A stretch of 32,000 bases of DNA from Wigglesworthia glossinidia endosymbiont of Glossina brevipalpis. Lineage in GTDB: Bacteria; Pseudomonadota; Gammaproteobacteria; Enterobacterales; Enterobacteriaceae. Under the pieces are notes generated by a model. That model did no database searches and was not told the DNA's origin. It worked only from the letters and a program-made list of their open reading frames with translations. Below are positions 26,751 through 32,000 of this stretch, in pieces; within the stretch, counting starts at the first letter, position 1, and each line of letters begins with the position of its first letter. Made by a program: the position numbers and the translations under genes. The stretch lies in NCBI GenBank assembly GCA_000008885.1, contig BA000021.3, forward strand, positions 360,001 to 392,000. The letters run 5' to 3'.

Positions 26751-27730
26751 TAAAATCCATATTTCTTGATATCATTAATATGTATTATTCCAGAAAAATA
26801 ATTTTTTATAGAAACTAATAAATAATCAGTTTTAATAGATTGCATAATTTTAAATGCTTTTTCTACTAATATATCTGGATTAATTTGATTGAAATTAATA
26901 TTCATAACAGTTGAAATAGAATCATTTAAGTTTAAATTTAATTTATATATTTTTTTTAAATTTTTAAAATTGAAAACCCCTTTTATAGTTTTATTATTAT
27001 TCAATATTACTGCAATACCAAAATTTTTTTTTGTAATTTTTACAATTGTGTCGAATATAGAATATGTACTATATACAATTGGAACATCTATTTTTTTTCT
27101 CATAATATCATTAACTCTTAATGATAATTTTTTTCCTAAAATTCCTCCTGGATGCAAAAAAGAAAAATTTTTAATATTAAATCCTTTTGCTATTGATAAC
27201 GATATAGCTAAAGCATCACCCATTACAAGAGCAGCAGTACTACTAGTAGTAGGAGATAATCCTAACGAACATGCTTCTTTAGTTACTTTTATAGAAAGAT
27301 TAATTTTAGATAATTTTGACATTGTACTTAAAGGATTTCCAGTAATACTTATATATGTAATATTGAAATTATTTAAGTAATATATTAATGAAATTATTTC
27401 TTTAGATTCTCCAGAATTAGAAATTGCTATTACAATATCATTGGAACATAAAGATCCTAAATCTCCATGACCAGCTTCTGTTGGATGTATAAAGAATGAA
27501 GGACTTCCTGTGCTAGAAAATGTAGATGATAATTTTCTAGCTATGTGTCCAGATTTACCTATTCCCATAGTTGCTATTTTACCATTACATTTTAATAAAA
27601 GTTCTCCAATTTTTTGAAAATCTCTATTAATACATTTTTTTAATTTACATATACCATTTTTTTCTAAATCTAATACTTGTTTACCATAATAAATAAAATC
27701 AAAATTTGATGGAACATCATTATTTGGCAT
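26747..27730 (-). CDS. kdsD: arabinose-5-phosphate isomerase (SIS + tandem CBS domains)
   Basis: 327-aa ORF with MGIGKSGHIARKLSSTFSSTGSPSFFIHPTEAGHGDLG, AISNSGES, GLSPTTSSTAALVMGDALA, HPGGILGKKL and a CBS-like C-terminus. Colinear with E. coli KdsD. A GutQ paralogue assignment cannot be excluded. Confidence 0.92.
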   Translation of the reverse strand: MPNNDVPSNFDFIYYGKQVLDLEKNGICKLKKCINRDFQKIGELLLKCNGKIATMGIGKSGHIARKLSSTFSSTGSPSFFIHPTEAGHGDLGSLCSNDIVIAISNSGESKEIISLIYYLNNFNITYISITGNPLSTMSKLSKINLSIKVTKEACSLGLSPTTSSTAALVMGDALAISLSIAKGFNIKNFSFLHPGGILGKKLSLRVNDIMRKKIDVPIVYSTYSIFDTIVKITKKNFGIAVILNNNKTIKGVFNFKNLKKIYKLNLNLNDSISTVMNINFNQINPDILVEKAFKIMQSIKTDYLLVSIKNYFSGIIHINDIKKYGFY

Positions 27731-28312
27731 TTTAACATCCTAAATGAATTTTATTATAAAATAATATTTAAATTTTTATGAATACTATTCAAACATTAAT
27801 ATTAAAATTATTTTATTTTTATATTTTATATAATATTAAAATATATAAATAAAATTAATATTTTTAAAGAATTAAAAAATAATTTTATAAATAAACAAAT
27901 AATAAATTGATTTATATTATTTTAATTTACCATTACCAATAAAATATTAAATAGTATTTTATAAATATTTTTATGCTTAAAAAAGCAAACTAATTATTAT
28001 TATGATTGTAAATAAATAATTATTTTTATATTTATTAAATTTAAAATATATGTATTATTGATTATCAATCAAATTAATCATATCAATAAAACTAAAAAAT
28101 TTTTAATAAATAAAATTTATTTATATAATACGAAAATTAAAATTTATTGATTAATTCATAAAAATTTGATACTTAAATATTATTAACTATAATAAAGAAT
28201 TTTATCAATAAATATTTAATTTGTTATTATTTTATACATAAATAATCTATAATTATAGAAAATTAATTTGTTAAATATTTTAAATAAAAAATATTTTAAA
28301 TTTAAAAAAGTT

Positions 28313-28585
28313 ATGAAAATAGAAAAAATTAAAAACATACTAAAATGTGAATTAAACCTAAAAGAAATATATGTAAATAACAATGGAAAATATTTCAAAA
28401 TTATAGCAGTGAGCGAAATTTTTTCTAAATTAAACAGAATACAAAAAGAACAAATGATATATAAGCCATTAATGAAATATATTAAAAATAATCTAATTCA
28501 TGCTATATCAGTATATCCATACTCTATAGAAGAATGGAAATCAATAAAAAAAAATATTTTTTTTAAAAAAAATGAAAAAAATTAA
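28313..28585 (+). CDS. ibaG: BolA-family protein IbaG (YrbA)
   Basis: The translation from ATG 28313 is MKIEKIKNILKCELNLKEIYVNNNGKYFKIIAVSEIFSKLNRIQKEQMIYKPLMKYIKNNLIHAISVYPYSIEEW. It is colinear with E. coli IbaG (..[60 protein letters not shown]). murA lies directly downstream, as in E. coli. The ORF-track TTG start at 28268 adds 15 residues with no homologous counterpart. Confidence 0.87.
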   Translation: MKIEKIKNILKCELNLKEIYVNNNGKYFKIIAVSEIFSKLNRIQKEQMIYKPLMKYIKNNLIHAISVYPYSIEEWKSIKKNIFFKKNEKN

Positions 28586-28613
28586 TTTATAAAATTATAG
28601 AGATGAATTTAAA

Positions 28614-29870
28614 TTGAATCAGTTTGTTATTAAAGGTTCAAATAAATTAACCGGGGATGTATTTATATCAGGTTCTAAAAATGCATCTTTGCCTATTTTA
28701 TTTGCGACGATTCTTTCAGAAGAAGAAATTGAAATACAAAATGTGCCTAAAATAAAAGATACTGATTTTGCTATTAAATTATTAAGATATTTAGGGGCGA
28801 CTGTAGAAGAAAACAAATCAATATATATAAATGCTAAAAATATAAGCATATATCATGCTCCGTGCAATTTAGTAAAAACTATGCGTGCTTCTATTTGGGC
28901 GTTAGGTCCGTTATTAGCTAGATTTGGAGAAGGATCAATATCACTTCCTGGAGGATGCGAAATAGGAAATAGACCTGTAGATTTACATCTATATGGATTA
29001 AAAAAACTTGGAGCAAAAATTTATTTAAAAGACGGATATGTTAAAGCAAATGTTAAAGGTCGTCTTCATTCTGCTCGTATTGTTATGAATAAAATAAGCG
29101 TTGGAGCTACACTAACTATTATGAGCGCGGCTACATTAGCTATAGGAATAACAATTATAGAAAATGCTGCAAGAGAACCAGAAATAATTGATACTGCCAA
29201 TTTTTTAATATCTCTAGGAGCTAAGATAAATGGAGTAGGAACTAATACAATTTTTATAAAAGGAGTAAAAAAACTAAAAGGAGGTGTATATAAAATACTT
29301 CCGGATAGAATAGAAACAGGAACTTTTTTAGTAGCAGCAGCTATATCTAGAGGGAAAATAACATGCTACGATACAAATCCTAATACATTAAATATTGTAT
29401 TGAAAAAACTTCACGAATCTGGAGCAAGAATAGAAATAGGAAAAGATTGGATTAAACTAGATATGATAGACAAAAGGCCTAAAGCTGTTAAAATAGAAAC
29501 CTCTCCTTATCCTGGTTTTCCTACAGATATGCAAGCACAATTCACTGTATTAAATTTAATATCTTATGGTTCTAGTATAATTACAGAAAATATTTTTGAA
29601 AACAGATTTATGCATATATCAGAATTAATAAAAATGGGAGGAAGAGCTATTATTAAAAATAACAATATTTTTTGCTATGGAGTCAATCAATTATTTGGAG
29701 CTCAAGTAATTGCAAAAGATTTAAGAACGGCTGCAAGCTTAATAATTGCTGGCTGCATAGCGGATGGAATTACAACTGTAGATTGTTTATATCATATCGA
29801 TAGAGGATATTGTCAAATAGAAAATAAACTCAAAAATATAGGAGCTAATATTAAAAGATTAAAAAAATAG
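28614..29870 (+). CDS. murA: UDP-N-acetylglucosamine 1-carboxyvinyltransferase
   Basis: 418-aa ORF, highly similar to E. coli MurA throughout: [32 protein letters not shown], active-site [75 protein letters not shown] start at 28614 aligns residue-for-residue with the MDKF start of E. coli MurA. Confidence 0.97.
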   Translation: MNQFVIKGSNKLTGDVFISGSKNASLPILFATILSEEEIEIQNVPKIKDTDFAIKLLRYLGATVEENKSIYINAKNISIYHAPCNLVKTMRASIWALGPLLARFGEGSISLPGGCEIGNRPVDLHLYGLKKLGAKIYLKDGYVKANVKGRLHSARIVMNKISVGATLTIMSAATLAIGITIIENAAREPEIIDTANFLISLGAKINGVGTNTIFIKGVKKLKGGVYKILPDRIETGTFLVAAAISRGKITCYDTNPNTLNIVLKKLHESGARIEIGKDWIKLDMIDKRPKAVKIETSPYPGFPTDMQAQFTVLNLISYGSSIITENIFENRFMHISELIKMGGRAIIKNNNIFCYGVNQLFGAQVIAKDLRTAASLIIAGCIADGITTVDCLYHIDRGYCQIENKLKNIGANIKRLKK

Positions 29871-29904
29871 ATTTAAAAAATAATAATTTAATATTAATTT
29901 TATA

Positions 29905-30627
29905 TTAATCTATTAAACATCCTATTCTATTTGCAACCTCTTTGTAAGATTCTATAACATTTTCGTTTAATTGTTCTCTAAAAATATCTTTATCCATTTT
30001 TTTAAAGGAGTTTTTATCCCAAACTCTGCTATTATCTAAAGAAAATTCATCTCCTAAAAATAAATCTCCATTAAACAAACCAAATTCTAATTTAAAATCT
30101 ACTAATATTAGTTCTGCTTTGTAAAAAATATCTTTAAGTATATTATTAATTTTATATAAAATTTTTTTTATTTTTTTAATATGATTTTCACTGATTAAAT
30201 TAAATGATATACAGTGATATTCGTTTATCATTGGATCTTTTAATCCATCATTTTTAAAAAAAAATTCTAATATCGGAGGATTTATAAAAGAACGTTCTTT
30301 TATTAAAAATCTTTTTAGCAAAGAACCATATGCATAATTTCTAACGACAAATTCAATTGGAATCATCTTTAATTTTTTAACTATTACTTGGTTATCAGAT
30401 AATAAAGACAATATATGAGTTTTAATATTAAAACTAGAAATTTTATTCATTATATAATAATTAAACTTATTATTAATAATATCTTTATTGTCAAATTTTT
30501 TAATATATTTACCATTTAATCTAGACATATCTTTTTTAAATTTTAATATTAAAACATCAGAATTATTTGTTGAATATATTATTTTAGATTTTCCTTGGTA
30601 TATTTTATTTTTTTTTTTGATTTTCAT
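29905..30627 (-). CDS. purC: phosphoribosylaminoimidazole-succinocarboxamide (SAICAR) synthase
   Basis: Colinear with E. coli PurC: IYQGKSKIIYST with LYRGKAKTVYST, plus NNKFNYYIM, IPIEFVVRNYAYGSL, LVDFKLEFGL, LGDEFSLDNSRVWDK and MDKDIFR. The start is set at ATG 30627 (MKIKKKNKIYQGK), which matches homologue length. Alternative starts are ATG 30660 and TTG 30669, the latter being the ORF-track start. Confidence 0.93.
   Translation of the reverse strand: MKIKKKNKIYQGKSKIIYSTNNSDVLILKFKKDMSRLNGKYIKKFDNKDIINNKFNYYIMNKISSFNIKTHILSLLSDNQVIVKKLKMIPIEFVVRNYAYGSLLKRFLIKERSFINPPILEFFFKNDGLKDPMINEYHCISFNLISENHIKKIKKILYKINNILKDIFYKAELILVDFKLEFGLFNGDLFLGDEFSLDNSRVWDKNSFKKMDKDIFREQLNENVIESYKEVANRIGCLID
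30608..30618 (-). repeat. A11 homopolymer (T11 on + strand) at codons 4-7 of purC
   Basis: Read directly on the + strand: aTTTTTTTTTTTga. The sense strand reads atc AAA AAA AAA AAt (I-K-K-K-N). Confidence 0.95.
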
Positions 30628-30659
30628 TTTATTAGATTTAATTTTTAAAATTAAATTCA

Positions 30660-31556
30660 TTAAATACAATTAATTTTGCTTTTTAATTTAATTTTATTTA
30701 ATATTTTTTTAAACATAAAAATTTCTTTTTTATTTAAACCAATCATTGGCAATCTTATATATTTTGTTTTTATCAAACCTAAAAAATTACAAGCCCACTT
30801 TATGGGTGTTGGATTAGGAGCTATTAATAAAATTTTATATAAGTCTAAAATATTATAATATAATTTTTCTGCTTTATAATAATGTCTATTATTAATTAAT
30901 CTGCATAAACTTGAAGATTCATATGCGATAATATTTGCAGCGGTAGAAATTACACCACATCCTCCTAATTGCATAAAATCTAATATGTTAATATCATCTC
31001 CACATAATAAACAAAAATTTTTTTTAGAAAAAAACTTTATTTTTTTTACTCTACTTAAGTCTTTGCTGGAATCTTTTATTCCAATTATATTTTTTATATA
31101 TGATAATTTTGAAACAGTTTCAGGTAAAATATCGCATCCAGTCCTTTTAGGATTATTATAGATAATCTGCGGTATGTCTGTATTTTTAGAAATTTCTTTA
31201 AAGTAATTAAATATACCATTTTGTGTCGGACAACTATAATAAGGAGTAGATATCAAAATTCCCGATATATTTATTTTATTATAAAAATTAATTTGTTTCT
31301 TAATATTTTCAATATTAGATGATATTATACCTGCTATAACAGGTATTTTTTTGTCGCATGTTTCAAAAATATATTTGACAATATTGCATTGCTCTTCAAA
31401 AGTTAAAGAAAAATTTTCTCCAGTTGTTCCTATTGCTAATATAGCAGAAGTATTATTGACAATGTGATATTCGATTAATCCCTTTATGCTATCAAAATCT
31501 ATTTTACCAGATTTTTTCATTGGAGTTATTAACGCTACTATACTTCCTGTAAACAT
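30660..31556 (-). CDS. dapA: 4-hydroxy-tetrahydrodipicolinate synthase
   Basis: 298-aa ORF with MFTGSIVALITPM, GTTGE, TPYY, IYNNPKRTGCDILPETV, the Schiff-base Lys in NIIGIKDS, and MQLGGCGVIS. Colinear with E. coli DapA. SD AAGGA lies upstream. Confidence 0.96.
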   Translation of the reverse strand: MFTGSIVALITPMKKSGKIDFDSIKGLIEYHIVNNTSAILAIGTTGENFSLTFEEQCNIVKYIFETCDKKIPVIAGIISSNIENIKKQINFYNKINISGILISTPYYSCPTQNGIFNYFKEISKNTDIPQIIYNNPKRTGCDILPETVSKLSYIKNIIGIKDSSKDLSRVKKIKFFSKKNFCLLCGDDINILDFMQLGGCGVISTAANIIAYESSSLCRLINNRHYYKAEKLYYNILDLYKILLIAPNPTPIKWACNFLGLIKTKYIRLPMIGLNKKEIFMFKKILNKIKLKSKINCI

Positions 31557-31747
31557 ACAATATCCTTAAATACAATTAAAACAAAAATTTTATCAAATTA
31601 ATATTTAATTATTAATAATTATTTAATCTTGTTATTCATATAATTAATTTTATATTTATATTTTTTAATTATATATTAATATTAATATTATGTAAAAAAT
31701 TAAATTAGTATAATTTAAAATTTAATAAAAATTATTGATTACAAATT

Positions 31748-32000
31748 TTATTTAAAAAGAACTTTTTTATTTTCATGTATTTTATGAACTATTTTACCTA
31801 TTTTCCAAGCTTTTTCTCCCATTTGGTTTAATATTTTTAAAGCAAGGTTTGCATCATTTTTAGAAACTATTACAACCATACCAACTCCGCAATTAAACGT
31901 TTTGTACATTTCTTTCTTTTTTATATTTCCTGTTTCCTGTATCCATTTAAATATTAATGGCCAATTCCAAGTATCTTCATATATTACTGCGCATGTATTT
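31748..32000 (-). CDS. purM: phosphoribosylformylglycinamidine cyclo-ligase, C-terminal part (5' end outside window)
   Basis: The minus-strand translation from the window edge is ..[76 protein letters not shown]. It matches the E. coli PurM C-terminus (..[43 protein letters not shown]..). The stop codon is at 31748-31750. It is absent from the ORF track because the start lies beyond the window. Confidence 0.9.
   Translation of the reverse strand, partial: [83 protein letters not shown]

Noticed and set aside
26889-27380. 163-aa ORF antisense to kdsD. Similar antisense ORFs occur inside real genes: 588..965 in pgk, 2537..2722 and 2846..3061 in surE, 6374..6829 in accD, 8148..8363 in folC, 9343..9555 and 9866..10075 in purF, 13203..13388 in metK, 19567..19839 and 19999..20214 in aceF, 21674..21916 in aceE, 24079..24267 in nadC, 25024..25209 in lptC, 25534..25725 in lptA, 26366..26665 in lptB, 28619..28849 in murA, and 30488..30673 and 30676..30858 in purC/dapA.
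   Set aside because: These are shadow ORFs on the opposite strand of strongly supported genes. Their translations are low-complexity and rich in F/I/L/K, with no recognisable motifs. In the kdsD case, stops in that antisense frame need Tyr, His or Gln codons after T- or C-ending codons, and these are rare in this stretch.
28268-28312. ORF-track TTG start extending ibaG by 15 residues (MLNILNKKYFKFKKV).
   Set aside because: The extension has no counterpart in IbaG homologues. The ATG at 28313 gives a protein that aligns from its first residues. I kept it as an alternative only.
28216-28398. 60-aa minus-strand ORF spanning the kdsD-ibaG spacer and the 5' end of ibaG.
   Set aside because: It overlaps the well-supported ibaG on the opposite strand. 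The sequence is low-complexity and hydrophobic, and there is no SD or homology signal.
1-32000. Searched by eye for CRISPR-like direct repeats, IS or transposase ORFs, integrase or phage genes, toxin-antitoxin pairs, restriction-modification or other defence genes, DnaA-box clusters (TTATCCACA), and long direct or inverted repeats.
   Set aside because: None found. Every ORF with a credible product is a conserved housekeeping, envelope or cofactor gene in an ancestral synteny context. Short AT-rich repeats are at the level expected from base composition.

Overview
This window is a very AT-rich, densely packed gammaproteobacterial chromosome segment of the reduced insect-endosymbiont type. A+T looks like roughly four-fifths by eye; I did not compute it. 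I support 31 protein-coding genes, including one 3' partial at the window edge, plus 3 tRNA genes. Almost all are housekeeping, envelope or cofactor genes with clear full-length colinearity to E. coli proteins as I recall them.

Gene order is a collage of E. coli-like synteny blocks with the dispensable genes removed (missing genes in brackets):
- pgk-fbaA
- surE-[pcm]-nlpD-[rpoS]
- pdxB-[usg]-truA-[dedA]-accD-folC-[dedD]-cvpA-purF-ubiX
- leuZ-cysT-glyW-pgsA
- metK
- folE
- thiD
- lgt-thyA
- lpdA-aceF-aceE-[pdhR aroP ampE ampD]-nadC
- flgM
- lptC-lptA-lptB
- kdsD-[yrbG mlaFEDCB]-ibaG-murA
- purC-[bamC]-dapA
- purM

Extreme AT content, retained LPS-transport genes, a retained flgM, and many B-vitamin and cofactor genes fit a Wigglesworthia-like tsetse symbiont best. 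This is inference, not a search result.

I see no mobile elements, CRISPR arrays, prophage, toxin-antitoxin or defence genes, and no convincing novel multi-gene system. The things worth a second look are genome-erosion features:
- an NlpD-like gene split over two frames exactly at an A8 tract
- a fossil second lipoyl domain in aceF that has lost its lipoyl-lysine
- an orphan flgM
- a local inversion of lptCAB relative to kdsD
- convergent genes that abut or overlap at their stop codons, contrasted with 500-660 bp almost pure-AT divergent spacers
- A10-A11 homopolymers inside intact genes
- tRNA genes without encoded CCA
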